The position numbers and the translations under genes are program-made. From Thermotogota bacterium (GTDB lineage Bacteria; Thermotogota; Thermotogae; Petrotogales; Petrotogaceae), in assembly GCA_051748045.1 (NCBI GenBank), contig JBNJGY010000021.1:1-34749 (forward strand): 34,749 nt of DNA. Reading direction: 5' to 3'. Every line of letters starts with the position of its first letter. Position 1 is the stretch's first letter. A model generated the notes under the pieces. That model was not told the origin of the DNA. It saw only the letters and a list, made by a program, of their open reading frames with translations, and did no database searches. Below are positions 1 to 9,249 of this stretch, piece after piece.

Positions 1-926
1 ACTATTTTTTTAACATCTTCTGGTATTGTTGGAATTTTTGATAGCAATTCATAACCATTATTCACATGTTTTTTTACTCTTTCATTTTCTTCTTCTGTCA
101 ATTTTTCTTTTTTTGACAAAATATTTTCTGGAATACCTATTTTCCCAATGTCAAATATTAAACTCCCATATTTTAAATTGTCTATATTTTTATTAGATAA
201 GTTCATTTTTTTTGCTATTTTTATTGAATAATTATAGACATTTTCACAATGTTTTTCTGCTCCCGGAACTCTTGCTTCTAGTATTTTTGTCAATACATTC
301 AATGATTTATCCAAAATTATATTGAATTTGTTTTCTAAAAAAGAACTTTCAATATTTTTTCTTATATAATCATTGAGTTTGTTCACAAGGTAATATTCAT
401 AAAGATCAAATCCACTTTTTTTGTATAATAAAAAATACCCAAGAAAATTTTCTTCTATTTTAATAGGCAAATAAATTTTATTTTTTATACATATTATATT
501 TTCAAAAAAATCTACATCATCATTTTTTTTGAAAATATTATCTTTTATAATTTCACTTTTTTCATTTATAAAAAAATCTGTATTATCTAAGTCAAATGTA
601 TTTTTGAAAATTTCTAATACATTTATAATACTATCTTTCAAACTTATGTTTGGTTCTAATTTAGATAAAAAATCCATCAATAGGTTTTCATTTCTTGTTT
701 TTATATTACAATATTCTTTAAATATTTTATCCAAGCTAAGTAAATATAATGGATCTATTAATTCGTAAAAAATAACCTCTATTTTTCTATCTCCATTGTA
801 GACTATTTTTATTATCTCTTTTTCTTTTTTATTATTTTTATATTCTTGATTTTCTATAGTTATTTTATAGTCAATATTTTTTTCTTTTAAAAAATTCAAG
901 TTGTCTTTAATTAGTTGAACTGTCAT
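1..926 (-). CDS. HD-GYP domain protein, partial (runs off window start), with degenerate HD motif
   Basis: Not in the ORF track. Translated by hand from ATG at 926 (RBS GGTGGGTGA): MTVQLIKDNL...ARVPGAEKHCENV...YGSLIFDIGKIGIPENILSKKEKLTEEE...KKHVNNGYELL, the HD-GYP pattern with FD where HD is expected. Overlaps the cyclase gene 3' end by 20 nt. Confidence 0.85.
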   Translation of the reverse strand, partial: MTVQLIKDNLNFLKEKNIDYKITIENQEYKNNKKEKEIIKIVYNGDRKIEVIFYELIDPLYLLSLDKIFKEYCNIKTRNENLLMDFLSKLEPNISLKDSIINVLEIFKNTFDLDNTDFFINEKSEIIKDNIFKKNDDVDFFENIICIKNKIYLPIKIEENFLGYFLLYKKSGFDLYEYYLVNKLNDYIRKNIESSFLENKFNIILDKSLNVLTKILEARVPGAEKHCENVYNYSIKIAKKMNLSNKNIDNLKYGSLIFDIGKIGIPENILSKKEKLTEEENERVKKHVNNGYELLSKIPTIPEDVKKI

Positions 927-2904
927 TTATTTCACCCACCTTTATTTTGTAGAGCTTTAGAGGTTTGGATTTACCTTTTACTTTATGATCTCCAATATAT
1001 TCAAAATCATATTTTTTTGACCTTTTTACTATTTCTTCTGAGACAACAAGCCATTCACCTAAATCTCTTGTAAGACTTTCAATTCTGGAAGTAGTATTAA
1101 CAGTATCTCCTATGCATGTATAATCCATCCTAAAATCAGCTCCAATATTTCCAATAACTACCTCTCCATAATGAATACCAATGCCTGAATTTATTTCAAA
1201 ATCAAATCCTCGATTTTTAAGTTCATTATTAATCTCTTTTAATTTTTTTCTCATATCCAAAGCACAAGAAATGGCTCTATCAACCTCATCACCAAATTCA
1301 ATAGGTGCTCCAAAGATAGCCATTATAAGGTCTCCAATAAATTTATCTATAGTCCCATAATATTTATTTCTAATTATAATAGCCATTTCAGACAAATAGT
1401 AATTCAAAAAGTCTACAACTTCTTCAGGACTTAATTTCTCAGATTTACTTGTAAAGCCTACTATATCTGACATGATTATAACTACTTCTTTCCTTTCTCC
1501 ACCTAATTCTGTTTTTCCTTCTTTTAGAAGTTTTTCTGCTACAAAATCGGGAACATATTTGAAAAAGAAAGATTTAATTTGTTTTTTCTCTTTAGATTCT
1601 TTCAATATAGATTGGCTTGTATCAACAGCTGGAATTATTAAAGTAGCTAAAAATGGATAAAAAGTGTCTATCCAAATATTGTTTTCAAATAAAAAATAAG
1701 AAATAAAAATGTATACAATAGGTATGGCAAATGAAAATAACTTAATATAAATTCTTTCAAACATACTAAATATTAAACAAAGTATTAGCAAAAAAATCAA
1801 AATAATTATTGAATAAAAAATATTGGCTCTAGTTAATTTGTCATTGTTTATAAGGTTTTGAACTGCTGTAGCGTGTATATATACTCCTGGCTCATTGTTT
1901 GAAAAAGGTGTTACCCTCAAATCATACAAGCCTTTTGCAGTAGCAGAATAGCCTAAAATAATAACTTTATTTTTAAAATCAAAATCATCATATTTATTAC
2001 CATATACTAAATCGTAAAAAGATATAGTTTCAAAAGTATTTTTACCTTCTCCATAATAATTCAATAAATAAGTTCCATTTTTATCTATTTTTATCTTTTC
2101 ATTATTTATCTGTAATGTGTAGTTTTTTGGATCTAATACTATATTAGAAGGATTCAAATCTTTATATAAAGAGTACAACATTAAATCCATATGAGGGAAA
2201 AAACCTGTACTATATCCATTTTCATGAGACCAAGTTTCTTTAAAAAGTAAGGGAATTCTTCTTGCCACACCATCTGGATCTAAATCACCTATTTCATAAG
2301 TGGAAGAAGGAACCAATGAAGAAAATTCTTTTATTGGAGGAATTATTTTATAGGCCTCTAAGGCTTTAAATATTGAAAGATACTCTGGATTCTTAATTTT
2401 AATTGAATAATCATTGTAATAAATATTGTTTTCTAATCTATCTTTATATTCATCATTATAACCATGGTAATTCTCAGCTTCTACAGTAAGATAACTACCT
2501 AAAACAACATCACTATATTTTCTTAAAACTGCAGATAGCATTGAATCGTCTCTTGAAGAACCGTTAACAATATTATGTTCTGAAGGTGTAGTAAACGAAA
2601 CATCAAACCCAACAGAGTTTATATCTGATTTAAAAAGCTTCACAAGCATTCTTGCATAATGCTCTCTGTTCCAAGGCCATTCATCGTTAAACTGAGTAGA
2701 CATTTTAGTTAGTGAATTTTCATCTATTGACACAACAACAACATTAGGAGTAATGTTTTTTTCTCCTCTAATTCTATATCTCAAATCCAGGGTTTTCAGT
2801 TCAAATATTTCAATCCAAGGATTATTGAAAAAATAAGTAATTATGTATATTGCTATGAAAATAATAAAAAGAATATGAATTATCTTGGGCTTAAAAATCT
2901 TCAC
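907..2904 (-). CDS. CHASE2-domain membrane-bound class III adenylate/guanylate cyclase (adenylate-type residues)
   Basis: N-terminal TM, CHASE2 motifs (VVSIDE, WPWNR, GFDVSF, DPDGVARR, PGVYIHA), three TMs, catalytic domain SDIVGFT / DKFIGD / GIGIHYG / YTCIGDTVNTTSRIE. Start moved from 2991 to GTG at 2904, which follows GGTGA. Confidence 0.92.
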   Translation of the reverse strand: MKIFKPKIIHILFIIFIAIYIITYFFNNPWIEIFELKTLDLRYRIRGEKNITPNVVVVSIDENSLTKMSTQFNDEWPWNREHYARMLVKLFKSDINSVGFDVSFTTPSEHNIVNGSSRDDSMLSAVLRKYSDVVLGSYLTVEAENYHGYNDEYKDRLENNIYYNDYSIKIKNPEYLSIFKALEAYKIIPPIKEFSSLVPSSTYEIGDLDPDGVARRIPLLFKETWSHENGYSTGFFPHMDLMLYSLYKDLNPSNIVLDPKNYTLQINNEKIKIDKNGTYLLNYYGEGKNTFETISFYDLVYGNKYDDFDFKNKVIILGYSATAKGLYDLRVTPFSNNEPGVYIHATAVQNLINNDKLTRANIFYSIIILIFLLILCLIFSMFERIYIKLFSFAIPIVYIFISYFLFENNIWIDTFYPFLATLIIPAVDTSQSILKESKEKKQIKSFFFKYVPDFVAEKLLKEGKTELGGERKEVVIIMSDIVGFTSKSEKLSPEEVVDFLNYYLSEMAIIIRNKYYGTIDKFIGDLIMAIFGAPIEFGDEVDRAISCALDMRKKLKEINNELKNRGFDFEINSGIGIHYGEVVIGNIGADFRMDYTCIGDTVNTTSRIESLTRDLGEWLVVSEEIVKRSKKYDFEYIGDHKVKGKSKPLKLYKIKVGEINDSSTN

Positions 2905-3073
2905 ATTATCACCATATAAATTATAACAAATAATATTATGAAAATAACATGTAACAACGAGTAATTTTGTCATGTTTGAAGTATTAGACATAAAAATAGA
3001 CTAAATGATTTTTTCAAAGTGAAATTAACTAATGGTATAATTAATATGGAAATCTATTTTGGGAGGGAGAACA

Positions 3074-5275
3074 ATGTTTAAAAAACAATTAGTTTTAGAT
3101 GAAGTGACTCTATTTAGAACAGGAAATCCTTTTAACACTACTGCAGTTATAAAAGAAATAAAAAATGAGTTTGAAAACACAAATGATGTTCCCTATTTTG
3201 AAGTAAAAGAATATGAAAATTATTATGAATTTATCTACAAGATGGATAAAGATGATTATGTATATGGACTTGGAGAACAATTGGGAGCTTTAAACAAAAG
3301 AGGAAAAGAATACAAGCTATATTCAACTGATGATCCTATACACACTCCAGATAAAGGTTCTCTTTATGGTTCTCATCCTTTTGCATTAATCGATGGTAAA
3401 AATAATTTTGCATTTATGATCGATTTCCCAGGGGAAATAATTTTTGATATAGGATACACCAATAAAGATATAATGACCATTAGAGTTCCTTCTAAAGATT
3501 TTGATTTTTATCTTTTTGATATTGAAGATAAATATGAAATCATAAAAAAATATTTAGAGCTTACAGGAACTCCTTATACCCCTCCGAAATGGAGTTGGGG
3601 TTTTCAGCAATGTAGGTGGAGTTATCCTGATGCAAAAACAATTAAAAATATAGCAGAAGGTTTTAGAAAAGATAATATACCCTGTGATGCTATTTATATG
3701 GACATAGACTACATGAAAGACTACAAAGTTTTCACTGTTGATGAAGATAAATTTCCTAATTTTGAAAACTTTGCAAAAGAAATGAAAGAAGATGGTTTTA
3801 AATTAGTTCCAATTATAGATCCAGGCGTAAAAATAGAAGAGAGTTATGAAGTATATGAAGAAGGCGTTAAAAACAATTATTTCTGTAAAGACAAAGAAGG
3901 CGATGATTTTGTTGCGGCTGTTTGGCCAGGTCTTACACATTTTCCTGACTTTTTAAATAAAGAAACAAGAAAATGGTGGGGGGAAAAATACAAATTTTTT
4001 ACAGACAAAGGAATATATTCTTTCTGGAATGATATGAATGAACCAGCTATTTTTTACTCACTAAAAGGTTTTAACAAATTAGCTGAAATAGGTGAAAATC
4101 TAAGAGGAAAAGAAGATATGGGAATTAAATCATTCTTAGCAAAAGAACAAATGTTCAACATGGCTAATAACAGAGAAGATTATAAGAGTTTTTATCATAG
4201 AACAGACGAAGGTACTCTAAATCATGATTTAGTTCACAATTTGTATGGTTATTTCATGGCAAAAGCAACTGTGGAAGATGGCTTTGATAAAATAATACCA
4301 GAGCATAGATATCTTCTTTTATCCAGAAGTTCTTACATAGGTCATCACAGAATAGCTACTATTTGGATGGGAGATAATATGTCTTGGTGGGATCATATGC
4401 TTGTTCAAATGAGGATGTTGCAATCATTGAATATGGCAGGATTTTTCTATACAGGAGCAGATGTTGGCGGGTTTGGAGCTAACTCATCACCAGAGTTAGT
4501 CTTAAGATGGATGGAATTAGGTGCTTTCACTCCATTATACAGAAACCATTCAGCTCTTGGAACAAGAGAACAAGAGCCTTTTGCTTTTGATACAGAAACA
4601 AAAGATATGATGAGAGATATTATAAACCTTAGATATTCACTGATTCCTTATTCATATTCTGAATACATGAAATCCGTTAATGAATTAAAACCTTTTATAA
4701 AACCACTAATGATGGATTATGATTCAAAAAGAGTGAAAGAAATAGAAGACCAATATATGTACGGAGATTCTCTGATGGTTGCTCCAGTTCACACACAAAA
4801 TGCAAAAGGAAGGTTTGTTCATCTTCCTGGTGACGATAAGTGGTTATCTTGGGTAGCCTCAAAATATGATGAAAGGAAAATGTCAATTTATTATCCGGGA
4901 GATTTTTATATTGAAGCAGATCTAAATGAAATTCCTTTATTTTTAAAAGAAAATCATCTCATCACACAATCTGATCCGATGAATTATGTTGGAGAAAATG
5001 AAATCGAAGAAATAACTGTAATAGGTCTTGTTACTGATAAAGCAGAGTTCACTTATTATGAGGATGATGGAGAAACAAAAGATTATAAAAAAGGTAAATT
5101 TGCAGAAGCCTTAATCACTGTAGAAAAAGATGGAGAAGAGTTCAAATTCTCTGTTGAAAAAGACGAACATGAAAACCCAGAAACTGGAGAAACATTTGAG
5201 CTTGGAATACAAAGAATAAAATTTGAAATATATGACGAACATGGAAACTTGATAGAAAACATTTTAGAAATTTAA
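3074..5275 (+). CDS. Glycoside hydrolase family 31 (alpha-glucosidase-like)
   Basis: WNDMNEP nucleophile motif, WMGDN acid/base motif, GADVGGF, RNHS. ATG at 3074 follows GGAGG; TGG-TATAAT at 3023-3031 upstream. Confidence 0.93.
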   Translation: MFKKQLVLDEVTLFRTGNPFNTTAVIKEIKNEFENTNDVPYFEVKEYENYYEFIYKMDKDDYVYGLGEQLGALNKRGKEYKLYSTDDPIHTPDKGSLYGSHPFALIDGKNNFAFMIDFPGEIIFDIGYTNKDIMTIRVPSKDFDFYLFDIEDKYEIIKKYLELTGTPYTPPKWSWGFQQCRWSYPDAKTIKNIAEGFRKDNIPCDAIYMDIDYMKDYKVFTVDEDKFPNFENFAKEMKEDGFKLVPIIDPGVKIEESYEVYEEGVKNNYFCKDKEGDDFVAAVWPGLTHFPDFLNKETRKWWGEKYKFFTDKGIYSFWNDMNEPAIFYSLKGFNKLAEIGENLRGKEDMGIKSFLAKEQMFNMANNREDYKSFYHRTDEGTLNHDLVHNLYGYFMAKATVEDGFDKIIPEHRYLLLSRSSYIGHHRIATIWMGDNMSWWDHMLVQMRMLQSLNMAGFFYTGADVGGFGANSSPELVLRWMELGAFTPLYRNHSALGTREQEPFAFDTETKDMMRDIINLRYSLIPYSYSEYMKSVNELKPFIKPLMMDYDSKRVKEIEDQYMYGDSLMVAPVHTQNAKGRFVHLPGDDKWLSWVASKYDERKMSIYYPGDFYIEADLNEIPLFLKENHLITQSDPMNYVGENEIEEITVIGLVTDKAEFTYYEDDGETKDYKKGKFAEALITVEKDGEEFKFSVEKDEHENPETGETFELGIQRIKFEIYDEHGNLIENILEI

Positions 5276-5292
5276 AAAAATAAGTTGATATT

Positions 5293-5327
5293 AAAAAACC
5301 GAGCTTTTGACAGCTCGGTTTTTTTTT
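5293..5327 (+). terminator. Intrinsic terminator after the GH31 gene
   Basis: AAAAAACCGAGCT-tttgac-AGCTCGG followed by T9. Confidence 0.85.
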
Positions 5328-5335
5328 GGTATAAT
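5307..5335 (+). promoter_or_regulatory. Sigma70/SigA consensus promoter for the clpC unit
   Basis: TTGACA (5307-5312), 17-nt spacer, TATAAT (5330-5335) with TG extension. Confidence 0.8.
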
Positions 5336-5347
5336 ATAATTGTATTA

Positions 5348-5374
5348 TTAGCAATCTAATGTTACGAATGATAA
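5348..5374 (+). promoter_or_regulatory. CIRCE-like (HrcA) operator
   Basis: TTAGCAATC-N9-GAATGATAA versus consensus TTAGCACTC-N9-GAGTGCTAA (15/18, correct spacing), just downstream of the promoter and upstream of a Clp chaperone. Confidence 0.65.
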
Positions 5375-5406
5375 AACATAATTTTCGGAGGTGTAACACC
5401 AATAAA

Positions 5407-5544
5407 ATGGATAAAATGAAAAAGGTTATTTTAAAAGAAGACAGAATTTCTGAAGAAATATATGAAAATATTTTTGAAATTTATTTTGATACGGAAGAAG
5501 AAAAGAAACCTGGAGGTGAACTAAATGAGACTGAACCCGAATGA
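5407..5544 (+). CDS. Small acidic hypothetical protein (~45 aa) overlapping the clpC start
   Basis: GGAGGTG at 5387-5393 precedes ATG 5407 (long spacing). [45 protein letters not shown]; 20-nt overlap with clpC. Confidence 0.45.
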   Translation: MDKMKKVILKEDRISEEIYENIFEIYFDTEEEKKPGGELNETEPE

Positions 5545-8014
5545 TTTTACAGAAAAAGCTTTAAAAGCTTTACAAGATTCACAAACATTGCTCGCAAGTA
5601 GCGGAAGCAATCTCATGAAACCAGAACATATGGTTTATTCTGTTGTTCAACAGGATGATGAATATGTTAATAATGTTTTTGAACCAGAGAGTTTAGAGAA
5701 GTTACTTGAAGAATTAGATAAATCAATTTCAGACGATATAGGAATGAGATATTCAGGACCAGAAGGTGGTCTTTATTTATCTAATAACTTAGCCAGAGCT
5801 CTTGAAATAGCTAAATCAGAGTTAAAAAAAGAAAATCAACAAAAAATTTCTTTACTTGGGATAGTTTTAGGTATATTTTTAGAAAAAAATTCAATGGCAT
5901 CAAAAATATTGAATAAATATACAAATGAAAAAATAATTAGAAAACAGATGAAAAAACAAATAAAAGAAAATGGTGATGAAAAATCAGAAAACGAAAAAGA
6001 CCCTTTAAAAAAATTCACTATTGATTTAACAGAAGAAGCAGAAAAAGGAAAATTAACTCCTGTAATAGGAAGAGAAAACGAAATCCAAAGAATAATAGAA
6101 ATACTTTCTAGAAAAACAAAAAACAACCCTGTCTTAGTTGGTGATGCTGGTGTTGGTAAAACAGCTATCATTGAAGGCTTGGCTCAAAAAGTAGTTGAAG
6201 AGGATGCTCCTTATTATCTAAAAGACAAAAAAATACTTCAACTTGATATGGCTGGGTTAATAGCTGGAACCAAGTTTAGAGGAGAATTTGAAGATAGACT
6301 AAAAAGTGTTATAGATAGAGCAAAAAAACTAAAAGATCAAGCAATAATTTTTATAGATGAATTACAAATGCTTATGGGTGCTGGTGCAACAGAAGGAAGC
6401 ACTATGGATGCTGCTAATATTTTAAAACCTTCTCTCGCAAGAGGAGATATTAAAGTTATCGGTGCAACAACTATGGAAGAATATAGAAAATACATTGAAA
6501 AAGACAAAGCATTTGCGAGAAGGTTTCAACCTATAGATATTGGAGAACCTTCTGTAGATAATGCTGTAAAGATAATGAAAGGTCTTAAAGACTCTTATGA
6601 AAAACATCACGGGGTTGAAATAACTGATGAAGCTGTTAAAGCTGCTGTTAGTCTTTCTCATAGATATATAACCGATAGATTTTTACCTGATAAAGCTATA
6701 GATCTTATAGACGAAGCTTCTGCAAAAGTAAAACTAAAAATTAATACAAAACCTGGAGAAGTAAGAGAAATTGAGAAAAAGTTATTGAACCTTGAAGACG
6801 AAATAAACAAACTAACCATAGATAAACATTACGAAGATGCAGCAAGAAAAAAAGCAGAATATTTTGACGTTCAAAAAGAACTTGAAGCTGCAAAAAAATT
6901 AGCTGCTCAAAATAAAGAAAAAGACAATATAAGTGAAAAAGTAGATGAAGAAACTATAGCATATGTAGTTCAGCAATGGACTGGTATACCAGTTACCAAA
7001 ATGTTGAGTGATGAAAGAGAAAAATTAATAAATTTAGAAGATGAAATACATAAAAGAATGGTTGATCAAGATGAAGCTGTTAAAGTTATTTCTGAAACCA
7101 TCAGAAAATCAAGAGCAGGTTTAAAAGATCCTAGAAGACCTCTTGGTAGTTTCTTATTTCTAGGCCCAACAGGAGTTGGTAAAACAGAACTTGCTAAATC
7201 AATTGCAGATTATCTATTTGGAGATGAATCAGCTCTTGTAAGAATTGATATGAGTGAATACATGGAAAAATATTCTATTTCAAGACTTATTGGTGCAGCA
7301 CCTGGATATGTAGGTTATGAGGAAGGTGGACAGCTCACAGAAAAAGTAAGAAGAAAACCTTATTCTGTTATTCTTTTAGATGAAATAGAAAAAGCTCATC
7401 CAGATGTTTTTAACATTTTACTTCAAATAATGGATGACGGAAGGCTTACAGACTCACAAGGAAGAACAGTTAATTTTTCAAACACGATTATAATTATGAC
7501 TTCTAATTTAGGATCTGAACAAATAAGTAAAACTAAGAAATCAGTTGGATTCATAGAAGAAGGTGCAGATAACTATAAAGATATGAAATCACAAGTTATG
7601 GCTTCTGTTAAAAAGGCTTTCAGACCTGAATTTATAAACAGATTGGATGATACTGTAGTATTTAAACCTTTATCAATGGAAGATATGAAATCAATAGTCG
7701 ATATTATGATAGGAAGACTAGAAGAAAGATTAGAAGAAAAGAGGTTGACTATAAAAGTATCTGATGAAGCAAAAAAAGAACTTGCTGAAAAAGGTTTCGA
7801 TCCAGTATTTGGTGCAAGACCGTTAAGAAGGGTAATAGAACGAGAAATTGAAACTCCTCTCGCTAATAAAATTATAATGGCTGAAATTCAAGAAAATGAT
7901 AAAGTTGTAGTAGTTTTAGAAAACAACGAATTAGTCGTAAAAAAAGAAGAACTCAAACAAGAAAATACAAAAAATAATTCTGAAGAAGTTGAACAGAAAG
8001 AAAATAATGAGTAA
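5525..8014 (+). CDS. clpC: ATP-dependent Clp protease ATP-binding subunit, ClpC type
   Basis: Clp N-domain, two AAA+ modules ([16 protein letters not shown]), short UVR-like middle domain ([10 protein letters not shown]) rather than the long ClpB coiled coil, and a ClpP-docking VGF loop. Confidence 0.88.
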   Translation: MRLNPNDFTEKALKALQDSQTLLASSGSNLMKPEHMVYSVVQQDDEYVNNVFEPESLEKLLEELDKSISDDIGMRYSGPEGGLYLSNNLARALEIAKSELKKENQQKISLLGIVLGIFLEKNSMASKILNKYTNEKIIRKQMKKQIKENGDEKSENEKDPLKKFTIDLTEEAEKGKLTPVIGRENEIQRIIEILSRKTKNNPVLVGDAGVGKTAIIEGLAQKVVEEDAPYYLKDKKILQLDMAGLIAGTKFRGEFEDRLKSVIDRAKKLKDQAIIFIDELQMLMGAGATEGSTMDAANILKPSLARGDIKVIGATTMEEYRKYIEKDKAFARRFQPIDIGEPSVDNAVKIMKGLKDSYEKHHGVEITDEAVKAAVSLSHRYITDRFLPDKAIDLIDEASAKVKLKINTKPGEVREIEKKLLNLEDEINKLTIDKHYEDAARKKAEYFDVQKELEAAKKLAAQNKEKDNISEKVDEETIAYVVQQWTGIPVTKMLSDEREKLINLEDEIHKRMVDQDEAVKVISETIRKSRAGLKDPRRPLGSFLFLGPTGVGKTELAKSIADYLFGDESALVRIDMSEYMEKYSISRLIGAAPGYVGYEEGGQLTEKVRRKPYSVILLDEIEKAHPDVFNILLQIMDDGRLTDSQGRTVNFSNTIIIMTSNLGSEQISKTKKSVGFIEEGADNYKDMKSQVMASVKKAFRPEFINRLDDTVVFKPLSMEDMKSIVDIMIGRLEERLEEKRLTIKVSDEAKKELAEKGFDPVFGARPLRRVIEREIETPLANKIIMAEIQENDKVVVVLENNELVVKKEELKQENTKNNSEEVEQKENNE

Positions 8015-8049
8015 AATAAAACCCCCGCTTAGCGGGGGTTAATTTTATT
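8013..8049. terminator. Bidirectional intrinsic terminator between clpC and rubredoxin
   Basis: AACCCCCGC-tta-GCGGGGGTT with A/T-rich flanks, between convergent stop codons. Confidence 0.85.
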
Positions 8050-8209
8050 ATTCTACTACTTCAAAATCTTCTTGGCTAGCACCACATAATGGGCAAACCC
8101 AATCTTCTGGAAGATCATCAAAAGATGTTCCTGGTTCTACACCATTATCTGGATCTCCTTGTTCAGGGTCATAAATATATCCACAAATAATACATCTGTA
8201 CTTTTTCAT
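8048..8209 (-). CDS. Rubredoxin (53 aa)
   Basis: Below the ORF-track cutoff. Hand translation [53 protein letters not shown] has two CxxCG motifs; RBS GGAG. Confidence 0.97.
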   Translation of the reverse strand: MKKYRCIICGYIYDPEQGDPDNGVEPGTSFDDLPEDWVCPLCGASQEDFEVVE

Positions 8210-8243
8210 TGAAATCACTCCTTTATTTTAGAATGAGTATTTT

Positions 8244-8597
8244 TTATTCCACTACTATTTTTTTACTATTTTCCCAAAGTCCGTGTATATTACAATGAGA
8301 CATTACTAACAATGTTCCGCTCTTTGGCAGTTTAACTTCTGCTTTTATTTTTGGTTCTCCTACTACTGGTCCAAATTCATATCTTCCTACATGTACTGTA
8401 TTTGGATCTCCATCATAATGAACATATAAATCCATCCATTCGATATGATGTTCAACAGTATTAGGATGTGCAATTTCTTTACCAATTTGTACTTCTACTG
8501 AAAATGGTTCATCTTTTTTAACTTTTTCAGGGCTATCTATTGTTGGAACATGTTTTTCGTTCTTGAAATCGTCTTTTTTGATAATGTCACCAAACAT
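8244..8597 (-). CDS. sor: Superoxide reductase (neelaredoxin, 1Fe-SOR)
   Basis: EKHVP, HPNTVEHHIEW and CNIHGLW iron-ligand motifs; no desulforedoxin domain. Confidence 0.93.
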   Translation of the reverse strand: MFGDIIKKDDFKNEKHVPTIDSPEKVKKDEPFSVEVQIGKEIAHPNTVEHHIEWMDLYVHYDGDPNTVHVGRYEFGPVVGEPKIKAEVKLPKSGTLLVMSHCNIHGLWENSKKIVVE

Positions 8598-8619
8598 TTT
8601 AAATTCCCCCTTGTATTAG

Positions 8620-9138
8620 TTATTTATTTGAAAAAGATGTGAACATTTCTTTTTTTGCGCCACACACTGGACATTTTTCTGGTGCTTCGTCCCAAGCTGT
8701 GTAACCACAAACTTCACATATAAAATAAGTTTTTTCTTCAATATCTTTTCCTTCTGTGCATTTTTGTTTTGCTTCTGCATACATTGCTTCGTGAATTTTT
8801 TCTGCTTCAAGAGCATAATGAGTGCTTCTTACTGCTTCTGGTTCTTCTTGGAAATCAGAAGAATTATTATAAACAGGATACATTTCTTGAATCTCGAAAT
8901 CTTCTCCTTCTCTTGAACTTTCAAGGTTTTCTTCTGTTGATCCTATATAACCTAAAGCTCTAAAATGGTTTTTAGCATGAACGTATTCTGCGTGTGCTAT
9001 TGCTCTCCACATATTTGCTAAATTATCTAAACCTTTTTTTTCTGCTTCATCAGCAAAAATTAAGTATTTCATATGTGCTTTAGATTCACCACAATAAGCT
9101 TCTTCTAAAAATTGTCTGGTCATTTCTTTTTTAACCAT
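8620..9138 (-). CDS. rbr: Rubrerythrin
   Basis: Di-iron helices (GES, EYVHA, GEDFE, EKIH) plus a C-terminal CEVCG...CPVCG rubredoxin-like domain. ATG at 9138 after GGGGTGA is preferred to GTG 9147. Confidence 0.93.
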   Translation of the reverse strand: MVKKEMTRQFLEEAYCGESKAHMKYLIFADEAEKKGLDNLANMWRAIAHAEYVHAKNHFRALGYIGSTEENLESSREGEDFEIQEMYPVYNNSSDFQEEPEAVRSTHYALEAEKIHEAMYAEAKQKCTEGKDIEEKTYFICEVCGYTAWDEAPEKCPVCGAKKEMFTSFSNK

Positions 9139-9249
9139 TAATTTCACCCCTTATAGATTATTGTACCTAGGTTAATTATAACATTTATTTTTGTAAATTA
9201 TGTTACAACACTTGAAATCGATAAAGAATTTTATTATTTAATAAAACTA

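Noticed and set aside
2905-2991. N-terminal extensions in the ORF track (cyclase, GH31, rubrerythrin, exported protein, ileS, EFR1, M3 peptidase)
   Set aside because: Downstream starts have properly spaced Shine-Dalgarno sequences and family-typical N-termini.
3007-3025. GATTTTTTCAAAGTGAAATTAACT resembling the repeat's secondary hairpin
   Set aside because: Pairing is poor and there is no TGTCA core nearby; it lies in a divergent promoter region.
5525-8014. Calling this gene clpB
   Set aside because: The middle domain is short and a VGF ClpP-binding loop is present, both of which favour ClpC.
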